64,000 nucleotides of DNA from an uncultured Gemmatimonadales bacterium (lineage in GTDB: Bacteria; Gemmatimonadota; Gemmatimonadetes; Gemmatimonadales; GWC2-71-9). Below are positions 51,678 through 62,265 of this stretch, in pieces. The stretch lies in NCBI GenBank assembly GCA_963748815.1, contig CAVVKJ010000010.1:608001-672000 (forward strand), in the 5' to 3' direction. A model generated the notes under the pieces. That model ran no database searches. It worked only from the letters and a program-made list of their open reading frames with translations, and was not told the origin of the DNA. A program made the translations under genes and the position numbers. How positions within the stretch are numbered: position 1 is the stretch's first letter; every line of letters starts with the position of its first letter.

Positions 51678-54360
51678 CCACCGAGCTCGCGCCGCAGTAC
51701 CAGCCCGGCGACATCGAGAAGGCGCTCTACCAGTGGTGGAGCGACCAGGACCTCTTCTCCCCCCGCCCGGGCGGTCCGTCCTACGTGATCATGATGCCGC
51801 CGCCCAACGTGACGGACCGGCTGCACATGGGCCACGGCCTCAACAACACCATCCAGGACGCCGCCATCCGGTTCGAGCGGATGCGGGGGCGCGACGTGCT
51901 CTGGCTCCCCGGCACCGACCACGCCGGCATCGCCACCCAGAATGTCGTGGAACGGGTCCTGACCTCCGAGGGGAAGACGCGGTTCGACCTCGGCCGCGAG
52001 GCGTTCGTGCAGCGGGTCTGGGACCACGTGCACCGGACGGGCGCCACGATCCTCGAGCAGCTGAAGGCGATCGGCGCCAGCTGCGACTGGAACCGGACCT
52101 ATTTCACGCTCGATGACGGGCTGTCGCGGGCGGTGCGTGAGGTGTTCGTACGCCTCCACGAGAAGGACCTGATCTACCGCGGCAACTACATCATCAACTG
52201 GTGCCCCCGCTGCCTGACCGCCCTCTCGAACGAGGAAGCGGAAAAGGAGGAGGAGGACGGGCACCTCTGGCACCTCCGGTATCCGCTCAACGACGGCCGG
52301 CACCTCACCGTGGCCACGACGCGCCCCGAAACGATGCTGGGCGACACCGCCGTGGCGGTGCATCCCGCGGACACCCGGTACGCGGCCCTCGTGGGCAGCA
52401 CCATCCGGCTCCCGCTGGTAGACCGGGACATTCCGATCGTCGCCGACGACGAGATCGATCCGGCGTTCGGCACTGGCGCGGTCAAGGTGACCCCGGCGCA
52501 CGATCCGCTCGACTTCGAGATCGGGAAACGGCACGGCCTGGAAGCGCTCAACGTCCTGACCCCCGACGCCCACATCAACGAGAACGCGCCGGCCCGTTTC
52601 CAGGGGCTGACCCGGGAAGCGGCACGCAAGCAGGTCGTGCGTGAGTTCGACGCGCTGGGGTTGCTGGAAAAGGTGGAGCCGCACCACCACGCCGTCGGTC
52701 ACTGCTACCGGTGCGGTACCGTCGTCGAGCCACGGCTCTCGGAGCAGTGGTTCGTCCGGATGGCACCGCTCGCCGCCCCGGCCCTGCAGGCGTATAAAGA
52801 CGGCGACGTCCGGTTCATCCCGGAGCGCCGCGGCACCGAGTACGCGCAGTGGATGGAGGGGATTCGCGACTGGTGCATTTCGCGCCAGCTCTGGTGGGGC
52901 CATCGGATCCCGGTCTGGTACTGTGACTCGCCGGGCTGCGAGCGGACCACGGTTTCCCGCACCGACCTGTCCGCCTGCCCCGGGTGCGGCGGTGCGGTGC
53001 GCCAGGACGAGGACGTCCTCGACACCTGGTTCTCCTCCTGGCTGGTGCCCTTCTCGAGCCTCGGCTGGCCCGAGCGAGACAGCGGACCTGAAGCGGTTCT
53101 ACCCCGGCGACACGCTGGTGACCGCCCCCGAGATCCTGTTCTTCTGGGTGGCGCGGATGATCATGGCCGGCCTGGAGTTCCAGGGGAAGGTGCCCGTTCC
53201 ACACCGTGTACCTCCACGGCACGGTGCGCGACACCCAGCACCGCAAGATGTCCAAGTCGCTGGGCAACGGAATCGACCCGCTGGAGGTGATCGAGCGGTA
53301 CGGCGCCGACGCCCTGCGGTACACGGTGATCTCGGGCATGGCCGTCGGGACCGACCTGATCCTCGACCCCGCCGACCTCGAGTCGTCGTTCGCCGCGGGC
53401 CGGAACTTCGCCAACAAGCTCTGGAACGCCGGCCGGTTCGCGCTCGGCACCCTCGACGGCCCGACCCGGCCCCTCGCGGGCCAGTACCCGGACGTGATTC
53501 GGCGCGAGGAACTCACCCTCCCCGATCGGTGGATCATCGCCCGCTGCGACGCGACGGTGCGCGCCGCCACCGAGGCGTTCGAGCGGTTCCGGCTCAACGA
53601 CGCCGCCGCCGCGGTGTATCGCTTCCTCTGGAGCGACCTGGCCGACTGGTACATCGAGCAGGCCAAGCCGCGGCTCTACAACCAGCAGCCCGGCGGCGAC
53701 GTGGCCCGCGCGGTGCTCGCCCAGACCTTTGACGTGGCGCTGCGGCTGCTGCATCCGGTCATGCCGTTCGTGACCGAAACGCTCTGGAAGCGGCTCCCGG
53801 GCCGGCAGGATGCCGATTCGATTTCGGTGGCGCCCTGGCCGCGCCCCGATGACCGCGCGACGGACGACGATGCGCTGGCGCACTTCGAGGAAGTGCAGCG
53901 CATCATCACGAGCCTGCGCCAGTTGCGGGCGGACGCCGGGGTACACCCCGGCGAGCAGGCCACCGGTTCGATCACGACGGCCACCGCGGCCACCGCCGCC
54001 CGCCTCTCCGGCCAGCGCGAGACCATCACCCGCCTGACCAAGGTCACCGTCGATGCCGTCGTGGTCCGGAGCGCCGATGGCTCGTCAGGCGAGGCCCTCA
54101 AGACCGCGGTGCTCCCCGACGGCGTCGAGGTGTCGATCGCGTTGAGTGCGGCCGACCGCGAGCGCGAATGCGCGCGGCTGGCCAAGGAGGAGGCGCACCT
54201 CCGGCAGCTCGTCGCGGCGCAGGAAAAGAAGCTCGGCAACGAGCAATTCGTGGCGCGGGCCCCCGCCGCCGTCGTCGAGGGAGAGCGCCAGAAGCTCGCC
54301 ACCTGGTCGGAACAGGCGGACGCGCTCGGCGAGAACCGCCGCCGCCTGGGTTGTGCATGA
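51674..54360 (+). CDS. valS: Valine--tRNA ligase (two apparent frameshifts near 53070 and 53194)
   Basis: [22 protein letters not shown] and KMSKS motifs; C-terminal coiled coil. Confidence 0.93.
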
Positions 54361-55634
54361 CCGGGCGCCGCCTGGCGGGAGCGATCCTGGCGCTCGCCAT
54401 CGCGGCGTGCGCCAAGATGGAACCCCCGCCGGGCGGCCCCCCTGACCTCGTTCCCCCCGGGTTGATCGCCACCGTTCCGGAATCACTCACCGTCCTGCCC
54501 GAGTTTTCCGGAGACGTCGAGTTCCTCTTCAACGAGACCGTCTCCGAAGGCGGCAGCCCGAACATGGGCCTCGGCACCGGCGACCTTGAAAAGCTCGTCA
54601 TCCTCTCGCCGAGCGAGAAGGTGCCCAAGGTCCGGTGGAAACGGAGCCGCGTCACCGTCCGACCGGCGGAGGGCTGGCAACCAAACACCGTCTACCGCGT
54701 GCAACTCCTGCCCGGCGTGATGGACATCCGGCGCAACCGCTTCGACAGTACCCGGGTCGTCACCTTCACCACCGGCGCCCCGCTTCCCGAGTTGCACCTG
54801 ACCGGCCAGGTCTGGGATTGGACCACCGGCCGCCCCGCCCCGCGCGCCCTCGTCATTGCCGTGCTCCTCCCCGACAGCCTGCGGTACCGGATGATGGCCG
54901 ACAGCGCGGGCAAGTTCGACTTCGGCCCGCTGCCGGCAGGCGACTACCTCGTCTACGGCGCCATCGACCAGAATAGGAACGCCCGGCTCGACCGCCGGGA
55001 GGCGTGGGACTCCCTTCCTGTGCCGCGCGACAGCACCGCGGTCCCGGAACTGTGGGCCTTTCCGCACGACTCTGTCGGGCCACGGCTCTCGAAGGCCGAG
55101 GTGAAGGACTCGCTGTCCGCCACCCTGACCTTCAGCCAGCCGCTCGACCCCACCCAGCAGTTTGCGCCGGGCACGGTTCGCGTCGTCCTCCTCCCCGATT
55201 CGACCGTCGTCGAGGTGCTCTCGCTGCTGCCCAAGGCGGAACACGACTCGCTGTACCGTCCCCCGCCGCCACCGCCCGACACGACGGTGCCCGAAGCGCC
55301 GGCGCCGCCAAAGAAGGCCGTCGTCCCACCCGTCGTTGCGGACAGCGTGAAGCCGTCGCGGTCGCCCCTGTACACCTCCCTGGTGCTGCGGGTGGCCGCG
55401 GCCTGGAACCCAAAATCCACCTACGTGATTGAGATCGACTCGCTCCGAAACGCGAACGGCGCCCCGGCGGACATCCGCGGGCCGCTGGAGGTGCCGGAGG
55501 TGAAGGTCGACTCGACCGCCGTCGCCGCGGATTCCGCGGCAGCACTTCGCGATTCGATGCCGACGCCGCCGGATTCCGCCGCCCCGCCCACGCCGCCGGG
55601 GGACTCCCTCCCGCCGAAGCCGCCGGCTCGATGA
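54357..55634 (+). CDS. Ig-like (Big_5) domain lipoprotein
   Basis: Lipobox AAC then PPPGGP.D..PP; F.FNE.V pattern. Confidence 0.75.
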   Translation: MTGRRLAGAILALAIAACAKMEPPPGGPPDLVPPGLIATVPESLTVLPEFSGDVEFLFNETVSEGGSPNMGLGTGDLEKLVILSPSEKVPKVRWKRSRVTVRPAEGWQPNTVYRVQLLPGVMDIRRNRFDSTRVVTFTTGAPLPELHLTGQVWDWTTGRPAPRALVIAVLLPDSLRYRMMADSAGKFDFGPLPAGDYLVYGAIDQNRNARLDRREAWDSLPVPRDSTAVPELWAFPHDSVGPRLSKAEVKDSLSATLTFSQPLDPTQQFAPGTVRVVLLPDSTVVEVLSLLPKAEHDSLYRPPPPPPDTTVPEAPAPPKKAVVPPVVADSVKPSRSPLYTSLVLRVAAAWNPKSTYVIEIDSLRNANGAPADIRGPLEVPEVKVDSTAVAADSAAALRDSMPTPPDSAAPPTPPGDSLPPKPPAR

Positions 55635-57004
55635 ACGACGACCCGCGCCGACGGCTGCCGTCGGTGGACCGGGTGCTGCAGGAGCCCGCCGTCCGCCGGC
55701 TCCTCGAGTCGGTTCCCCGGAGCGTGGTCGTCGCCGCCGCCCGCGAAGCGGTGGCGATCGCGCGCGAGGGCCGCGGAGACCCGCCGGAGGATTGGGGCGC
55801 GGAGGTCGAGGAACGGGCGACACGCATCGGCCGGCGGTCGCTCCAGCCGGTGCTCAATGCCACCGGCGTCGTCCTGCACACAAACCTCGGCCGAGCCCCG
55901 CTGGCCCGGACGGCGCTGGAAGCGGTTGCTGCCGTCGCCTCGGGATACAGCTCCCTGGAGTTTGATCTCGAGGCCGGCGTGCGCGGACATCGGACGGACC
56001 ACGGGCGTCGCCTCCTCGCGGAGTTGACTGGCGCGGAGGATGCGCTCGTGGTCAACAACGCCGCCTCCGCGCTGGTCGTCGCGCTCAACACCGTGGCCGC
56101 CGGAACGGAAGTCGTGATTTCGCGAGGGGAACTGGTGGAGATCGGCGGCTCGTTCCGCATCCCCGACATCCTGGCGAAGAGCGGTGCGCGGCTCCGCGAG
56201 GTCGGCACCACCAACCGGACCCATCTCGACGACTACCGCGGCGCACTCGGGCCGGCCACCGGCGCCATCCTCAAGGTCCATCAGTCGAATTTCGGTCAGT
56301 CGGGTTTTGTCCACTCCCCCGCCGGCCCGGAGCTGGCCCGACTCGCACAGGAGCACGGGCTGCCCCTGCTGCACGACATCGGCAGCGGGCTGCTCGCCGA
56401 TCTCACCGCGTTCGGGCTGGACACGGAGCCCCGGGTGCCGACCGCGGTCGCCGAGGGCGCCGACCTGGTCATCTTTTCGGGAGACAAGCTCCTCGGCGGC
56501 CCGCAGGCCGGGTGCCTCGTCGGCAAGGCGGCGTTGCTCGCGCGCTGCCGGGCCAATCCCTTCGCCCGCGCGGCGCGCGCGGACAAGATGACCTTCGCCG
56601 CGCTCGAGGCGACCCTCGAACTCTATCGCGATCCCGAGCTGGCCCTTCGCGAGATTCCGGTCCTGACCATGCTGACACTGACCGGCGACGAGCTGGCGCG
56701 TCGAGCACAGGCGCTGGCGTCTTCGATTCACACTCACTTCCCCGCTTCCCCGCTTCCCCGCCTTGTCACCGGTTCGTCGGCGACTGGCGGCGGCTCCTTT
56801 CCGACAGCCGAGCTGCCGACCACGCTCGTGGTCCTCGACCCCGGCCCGCGCGGCGCGGATGCCCTCGCACTCGCGCTTCGCCTCGGCGACCCGGCCGTCG
56901 TGGCCCGGGTGGAGAACGGAGCGGTCGTCCTCGACCCCCGGACACTTCCGGAGGGCTGCTTCCCCGAATTGGCAGCGGCAATCGCGAGAGCAGTTCAGGA
57001 ATGA
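55631..57004 (+). CDS. selA: L-seryl-tRNA(Sec) selenium transferase
   Basis: NATGVVLHTNLGRAP, SRGELVEIGGSFR and FSGDKLLGGPQAG motifs. Confidence 0.95.
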   Translation: MNDDPRRRLPSVDRVLQEPAVRRLLESVPRSVVVAAAREAVAIAREGRGDPPEDWGAEVEERATRIGRRSLQPVLNATGVVLHTNLGRAPLARTALEAVAAVASGYSSLEFDLEAGVRGHRTDHGRRLLAELTGAEDALVVNNAASALVVALNTVAAGTEVVISRGELVEIGGSFRIPDILAKSGARLREVGTTNRTHLDDYRGALGPATGAILKVHQSNFGQSGFVHSPAGPELARLAQEHGLPLLHDIGSGLLADLTAFGLDTEPRVPTAVAEGADLVIFSGDKLLGGPQAGCLVGKAALLARCRANPFARAARADKMTFAALEATLELYRDPELALREIPVLTMLTLTGDELARRAQALASSIHTHFPASPLPRLVTGSSATGGGSFPTAELPTTLVVLDPGPRGADALALALRLGDPAVVARVENGAVVLDPRTLPEGCFPELAAAIARAVQE

Positions 57005-57603
57005 CCAACCGCCCGCCCGCAGGCCTCCCCGCTTTCCCGCTTCCCCGCCGGGCAGCCTTCATCGACCGCGACGGCACCCTCGTCAACGATCCCGGTTTCC
57101 AGCGCGATCCCTCCACGGTCGAGCTCCTGCCGGGTGCCGCCGCGGCGGTGGCGCGGCTGAACGCGGCGGGGGTCGCGGTCATCGTCGTCACCAACCAGTC
57201 GGGAATCGCCCGGGGACTCATCACGCCGGCGGAGTATGCCGCCGTCGAGCGGGCCATCACCACGCGATTCGCCGAGCAGGGCGCGCGGCTCGACGCGACC
57301 TATCACTGCCCGCACTATCCCGACATCGGCGGCCCCTGCGACTGCCGCAAGCCGGGCACCCTGCTCTACCGGCGGGCCGCGGAGGAGTGGCAGATCGACC
57401 TCGCCGCCAGCTGGGGGGTCGGCGACCGCGTTTCGGACCTCGAGCCGGTGCTCGCCCTCGGCGGGCGGGGCCTCCTGGTGCGGACCGGAGCGGGACGAAA
57501 GCACGAATCGGCGGCCAGGGCGGCGGCGTACCCGGTGGTGGAGGATCTCTCGGCGGCCGTGGACCTGATCTTGGGCGGGATCCCGCCGAACGGCACCCCC
57601 TAG
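57001..57603 (+). CDS. gmhB: HAD-IIIA phosphatase (heptose bisphosphate phosphatase-like)
   Basis: DRDGTL, TNQSGIARG and CPH..CDCRKP motifs. Confidence 0.85.
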   Translation: MTNRPPAGLPAFPLPRRAAFIDRDGTLVNDPGFQRDPSTVELLPGAAAAVARLNAAGVAVIVVTNQSGIARGLITPAEYAAVERAITTRFAEQGARLDATYHCPHYPDIGGPCDCRKPGTLLYRRAAEEWQIDLAASWGVGDRVSDLEPVLALGGRGLLVRTGAGRKHESAARAAAYPVVEDLSAAVDLILGGIPPNGTP

Positions 57604-57637
57604 GGAGGGAGGGGGTCCCCCCTTACTTTTCAGGGTT

Positions 57638-58231
57638 ATGTCGTATCGCGTGGCGGTCTGTGTTTCGGGCGGGGGCAGCAACCTGCAGGCGCTGCTCGAT
57701 CAGCTCCAGGGGGACGCGCCAGCGCGGGTCGTGCTGGTGCTGAGCAACCGGGCGGAGGCGGGCGGGTTGGAGCGGGCGCGCCGGGCGGGTGTCCCGGCCG
57801 AAGTCCTCGCCGACCCGGCCGACGCTTCGGAGTGGATTACCCGGCTGGGCCGTCGGGATGTGGACCTCCTGGTGCTCGCCGGGTACCTGAAGCTGGTGCC
57901 GCCTGGCGTGGTGCAGAAGTTTGCGGGCCGGATCGTGAACGTGCACCCGGCCCTCCTGCCTGCGTTCGGCGGGCCGGGGATGTACGGAACCCGGGTGCAC
58001 GAGGCGGTCATCGCCAGCGGCGTCCTGGAATCCGGCCCGACCGTGCACCTGGTGGACGAGGTGTACGACCGGGGAGCGATCCTGGCGCAGCGCCGGGTCC
58101 CGGTGCTGCCGGGCGACACGCCGGCGGCGCTGGCGGCGCGGGTGCTGGCGGAGGAACATCGCCTCCTGCCGGAGGTGGTCCTGGCGGCGGCGCGGGCCGG
58201 ACGCCCGGTCGCGGTGTCGAACACGGATTGA
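57638..58231 (+). CDS. purN: Phosphoribosylglycinamide formyltransferase
   Basis: SGGGSNLQA, NVHPALLP and HLVDEVYD motifs. Confidence 0.95.
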   Translation: MSYRVAVCVSGGGSNLQALLDQLQGDAPARVVLVLSNRAEAGGLERARRAGVPAEVLADPADASEWITRLGRRDVDLLVLAGYLKLVPPGVVQKFAGRIVNVHPALLPAFGGPGMYGTRVHEAVIASGVLESGPTVHLVDEVYDRGAILAQRRVPVLPGDTPAALAARVLAEEHRLLPEVVLAAARAGRPVAVSNTD

Positions 58232-58261
58232 TTCAGCAGTCGGATTCTACCTGGGAGTACC

Positions 58262-59791
58262 ATGCCGAGGGCATTGCTTTCTGTCAGTGACAAGCGGGGC
58301 GTCGTCGCCTTCGCGCAGGGCCTGGTGCAGTTGGGGTGGGACATCGTCTCCACCGGCGGGACGGCGGCGGCGCTGAAGGCGGCGGGCGTCCCGGTGCAAT
58401 CGGTGGAGTCGATCACGAACTTCCCCGAGATGCTCGACGGGCGCGTCAAGACGCTCCACCCGATGGTGCACGGCGGCCTGCTTGGGCGCCGCGACAACCC
58501 GGTCCACCTCCGCGCCATGGACGAGCACGGCATCACGCCGATCGACCTGGTGGCGGTGAACCTCTACCCCTTCCGCGCCACCATTTCGCAGCCGGACGTC
58601 TCGTTCGAGGACGCGATCGAGAACATCGACATCGGCGGGCCGTCGATGCTCCGCTCGGCGGCCAAGAACCACGAGTTTGTCCTCCCGGTGGTGGAACCGT
58701 CGGACTACCCGGAAGTCCTCGCCCTGCTCCGCGCCGGGGAGATTCCGCAGCAGACGCGCCGCGCGTACGCCGCGAAGGTCTTTGCCCATACCGCCGACTA
58801 CGACACCGCCATTGCCGGCTATCTCACCCCGCGCGAGGAAGGGCTCCCCGCCCGCCTCGGCGGATCGCTCGAGCGGATGGCCTCGCTCCGGTATGGCGAG
58901 AACCCGCAGCAGCGGGCGGCGCTGTATGTCACGGAGGAGCCGCGTGGCATCCGGGACCTGACGCAGCGCCAGGGGAAGGAACTCTCCTTCAACAACATCC
59001 TCGACCTCGACGGCGCCATGGCCGCCGTGGCGCCGTGGACCAACCGGCCGGCCTGCGCCGTCATCAAGCACACCACGCCCTGCGGGCTGGCCGTCGGCCC
59101 GTCGGCGCTGGAGGCGTGGCGGAAGGCGGTGGCCACCGACCCGCAGTCGGCCTTCGGCGGCGTGGTCGCGTTCAACACCGTCGTCTGTCGGGCCACCGCC
59201 GAAGCGATGGTGGGGATGTTCCTCGAAGTGATCGTGGCCCCCTCCTTCCATGAGGAGGCGCTCAAGATCCTGGCCACCAAGAAGAACTTGCGGGTCATCG
59301 AGCTTCCGGTCAGTCACGGCGAGCAGGGACTCGACTACAAGTGCGTGCGCGGCGGGTTCCTCGTGCAGGATCGCTTCCAGTTCGATCCCTCCGAGGAGGC
59401 CTGGCGCGTCCCGACGGTGCGGCATCCCACGGAGAAGGAGTGGGGCGACCTCCGGTTCGGATGGGCCGGGGTGGCGGCGGTGAAGTCGAACGCGATCATG
59501 CTGGTCCGGGACGAGGCCGCGATCGGGATCGGCGCCGGCCAGATGAGCCGGGTGGACGCGTCGTTTCTCGCGGTGCACAAGGCGCGGCAGCAGGGGCACG
59601 AGCCGCGGGGCGCCGTCCTCGCGAGCGACGGGTTCTTCCCCTTCCCCGACGGCGTGGAAGCGGCGGCGGAAGCCGGCGTGACCGCCATCATCCAGCCGGG
59701 CGGGTCGGTCAAGGATGACGACGTGATCGCCGCGGCAGACCGGCTCGGCCTCGCGATGGTGCTCACCGGTTCGCGGCAGTTCAGGCACTAA
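58262..59791 (+). CDS. purH: Bifunctional AICAR transformylase/IMP cyclohydrolase
   Basis: ALLSVSDK, GRVKTLHP, IDIGG, LRYGENP and SDGFFPF motifs. Confidence 0.97.
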   Translation: MPRALLSVSDKRGVVAFAQGLVQLGWDIVSTGGTAAALKAAGVPVQSVESITNFPEMLDGRVKTLHPMVHGGLLGRRDNPVHLRAMDEHGITPIDLVAVNLYPFRATISQPDVSFEDAIENIDIGGPSMLRSAAKNHEFVLPVVEPSDYPEVLALLRAGEIPQQTRRAYAAKVFAHTADYDTAIAGYLTPREEGLPARLGGSLERMASLRYGENPQQRAALYVTEEPRGIRDLTQRQGKELSFNNILDLDGAMAAVAPWTNRPACAVIKHTTPCGLAVGPSALEAWRKAVATDPQSAFGGVVAFNTVVCRATAEAMVGMFLEVIVAPSFHEEALKILATKKNLRVIELPVSHGEQGLDYKCVRGGFLVQDRFQFDPSEEAWRVPTVRHPTEKEWGDLRFGWAGVAAVKSNAIMLVRDEAAIGIGAGQMSRVDASFLAVHKARQQGHEPRGAVLASDGFFPFPDGVEAAAEAGVTAIIQPGGSVKDDDVIAAADRLGLAMVLTGSRQFRH

Positions 59792-59801
59792 CGGAGACTT
59801 C

Positions 59802-61964
59802 GTGACGAACAGCAAACCCGCGACCCCGTACCGCTGGGCCGCCCTCGTCGGGCTGGCAGTCTTCGGCATCTACATTGCCACCCTCGCCCCGACGACCGCC
59901 TTCTGGGACACCTCCGAGTACATCGCCGCGGCGAAGGTGCTCGGCATTCCCCATCCGCCGGGCAACCCGCTCTTCGTGATCCTCGCCCACACCTGGGGAT
60001 TGCTCCCGCTGGCCGGCGAGTACGCCAAGCGGATCAACCTCTTCGCCGCCTTCACGAGTGCGGCCTCGGCGGCGCTCTGGTTCCTCATCGCCGAGCGCTG
60101 GCTTCGCGAGATCGTGCCGGTCCGCTGGGGCCGCCTCCTCGCCGCGGCCGCCGGGACGCTGGTCTCCGCCACCTCGTGGACCGTCTGGAACCAGTCGGCG
60201 GTCAACGAGAAGGTGTACACGGTGTCGCTGCTCTCGATGGCGCTGGTCACCTGGCTCGCCGTGCACTGGGGCGACGACGACCCCGGCCCGCACCGCGACC
60301 GGTGGGTCATCCTGATCGCCTACATCATCGCGCTCTCCACCACCAACCACCTGATGGGGCTGCTCGCGGCGCCGGCGGTCGCGATCTACATCCTCTGGAC
60401 CGACTGGAAGGTGGTCACGCGCCCCTGGGTCGTGGTGGGCGTCATCACCGCCGTCCTCGTGGGCGTGTCGCTCAACTATCTCTTCCTCCCGATTCGGGCC
60501 GGGCTGTTCCCCCCGATCAACGAAGGGGAGCCGGTCGGCTTCTTCAGCCAGGCGCTGATGGACGTCATCAACCGGGTCCAGTACGCCAAGCCGCCGGTCC
60601 TCGACCGGCAGGCGGACCTCCTCTCCCAGTACGGGAACTACCTGCAGTATTTCCGCTGGCAGTTTGCCCGTGACTGGGGCAGCGCCGCCGGGGCCGCCGC
60701 GGCGCTCTTCGCGATGCTCGGCCTGTACGGCCTCTGGGAGTTGATCCGCCGCGACAAGCGCGCGGGCTTCGCGGCGCTCGCCATGTTCGGCACCCTGACG
60801 GTGGCGCTGGTGTTCTACCTCAACTTCAAGTACGGCTTCTCGATGCACCTCGAGCGGGACATCCCGCGCGAGGTGCGTGAGCGCGACTACTTCTTCATGG
60901 GGTCGTTCTCCTACTTCGGCGTGCTGGTCGCACTCGGGCTCGGCGCGCTCTATCGGGGCATCGCCGACTCCCTGGCCGTCCGGATCCCTGATGCGAAACG
61001 ATGGCTCTTCGCGTCTCCCATCTTCCTGGTCGCCCTGATTCCGCTGGCCGGCAACCACGCCTCCGCGACGCGAGCCAACGAGTACCTGGCCCGGGACCTC
61101 GCCATCGACATGCTGGAGTCGCTCGAGCCGTACGGCATCCTCATCACCGCGGGCGACAACGACACCTTTCCGCTCTGGTTCGCGCAGGAAGTCCTCGGTG
61201 TCCGGCCGGACGTGACGCTGGCGAACCTCTCGCTGATGAACACCCGCTGGCATCTCCGGCAGCTGCAGCGCCGGGAGACGCCGGAGTTCGACCCCGCCAG
61301 CGCGGCCCGCGTCTGGCGACCCGGCCCCGCCGAGACCGGCATCGCGCTGGCGGACAGCGCGGCCGGGGCTCCGGCCGCGGCCTGGCCTCGCCCCGACGGG
61401 TCCGTCTTCCAGAGCTTCTCGGCGGCGCAGATGGACAGCCTGCCGGAGGCGATCGCGGTCAAGAAGGGCACGGGCCTCCGGGTGGACAGCCTCGTGATCG
61501 CGTTCGGCCAGGAATACCTCACGCTGCAGGACATCGCCACCGTGGCGCTGATCCGCGACAACCTGGGCAAGCGGCCGATTTACTTCAGCTGGAGCGACGG
61601 CAACTACCCCGACGGCGTCCTCGGCCTGACAGAGTACCTCCTCACCACGGGGCTCGTCCGCAAGGTGATGCCGAAGCCGATCAAGGAGGGCAACGGCATC
61701 GTGCTGTCGAAGACCCTCGGCTTCGTGGACCTCGAAGTCACCCGGAAGCTGCTCTGGGAGACGTACCACTGGCCGAGCGCCACGCGCAGCCGCGAGCGGG
61801 GCTGGGTCGACGTCCCCTCGTCCTCGATCCTCCAGCTGTACGGGATCATCTATCGCGAAACCGGGGTCATCCTGCGGTCGGAGGGCCTGGTGGACGAAGC
61901 GGCCCGGGCCGACTCCATCTCGGTCATGGTGCAGCAGAACATCATGCGGGGAGAACGAAACTAG
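59802..61964 (+). CDS. DUF2723 (TMEM260-like GT-C) membrane protein
   Basis: FWDTSEYI..LGIPHPPG, EVRERDYFF and GDNDTFPLW motifs. Confidence 0.85.
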   Translation: MTNSKPATPYRWAALVGLAVFGIYIATLAPTTAFWDTSEYIAAAKVLGIPHPPGNPLFVILAHTWGLLPLAGEYAKRINLFAAFTSAASAALWFLIAERWLREIVPVRWGRLLAAAAGTLVSATSWTVWNQSAVNEKVYTVSLLSMALVTWLAVHWGDDDPGPHRDRWVILIAYIIALSTTNHLMGLLAAPAVAIYILWTDWKVVTRPWVVVGVITAVLVGVSLNYLFLPIRAGLFPPINEGEPVGFFSQALMDVINRVQYAKPPVLDRQADLLSQYGNYLQYFRWQFARDWGSAAGAAAALFAMLGLYGLWELIRRDKRAGFAALAMFGTLTVALVFYLNFKYGFSMHLERDIPREVRERDYFFMGSFSYFGVLVALGLGALYRGIADSLAVRIPDAKRWLFASPIFLVALIPLAGNHASATRANEYLARDLAIDMLESLEPYGILITAGDNDTFPLWFAQEVLGVRPDVTLANLSLMNTRWHLRQLQRRETPEFDPASAARVWRPGPAETGIALADSAAGAPAAAWPRPDGSVFQSFSAAQMDSLPEAIAVKKGTGLRVDSLVIAFGQEYLTLQDIATVALIRDNLGKRPIYFSWSDGNYPDGVLGLTEYLLTTGLVRKVMPKPIKEGNGIVLSKTLGFVDLEVTRKLLWETYHWPSATRSRERGWVDVPSSSILQLYGIIYRETGVILRSEGLVDEAARADSISVMVQQNIMRGERN

Positions 61965-61979
61965 GGACACACCGCGTTC

Positions 61980-62063
61980 GTCATTGCGAGGCCGCGCGGC
62001 GGCTGGAGCAACCTTGGACCGAGCTTGCTTCGTCGGCCCCGCCCGGGGCCTCCTCGCAATGAC
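61980..62063. repeat. REP-like palindromic element
   Basis: GTCATTGCGAGG..CCTCGCAATGAC 12-bp perfect inverted repeat. Confidence 0.7.
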
Positions 62064-62082
62064 ACAACGTGGTGCCTGGCGA

Positions 62083-62169
62083 GGCGTGGTGGCCGAGTGG
62101 TTTAAGGCAGCGGTCTTGAAAACCGCCGAACCGGAAACGGTTCCGTGAGTTCGAATCTCACCCACGCCG
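62083..62169 (+). tRNA. tRNA-Ser(TGA)
   Basis: Acceptor GGCGTGG/CCACGCC; anticodon arm GCGGT-CTTGAAA-ACCGC; long variable arm. Confidence 0.95.
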
Positions 62170-62192
62170 TGGTGGCTGACGGGCCAACGAGA

Positions 62193-62244
62193 AAGGGCGG
62201 GAAGGACAGACCGGGCATTCCCGGTCGTCCCTCCCGCCCTTCTT
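62193..62244. terminator. Long hairpin between convergent genes (probable terminator)
   Basis: AAGGGCGGGAAGGAC..GACCGGG-CATT-CCCGGTC..GTCCCTCCCGCCCTT. Confidence 0.6.
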
Positions 62245-62265
62245 CGCGCCGGACTGCCTGAGGGG

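Noticed and set aside
49066..54360. Programmed frameshifting or true pseudogenes in thrS and valS
   Set aside because: There are too many scattered indels, often at homopolymers, in essential genes; sequencing error is more parsimonious.
55631..57004. Selenoprotein cluster around selA
   Set aside because: No selB, selD, tRNA-Sec or in-frame UGA gene was recognised nearby; both long-arm tRNAs have Ser anticodons.
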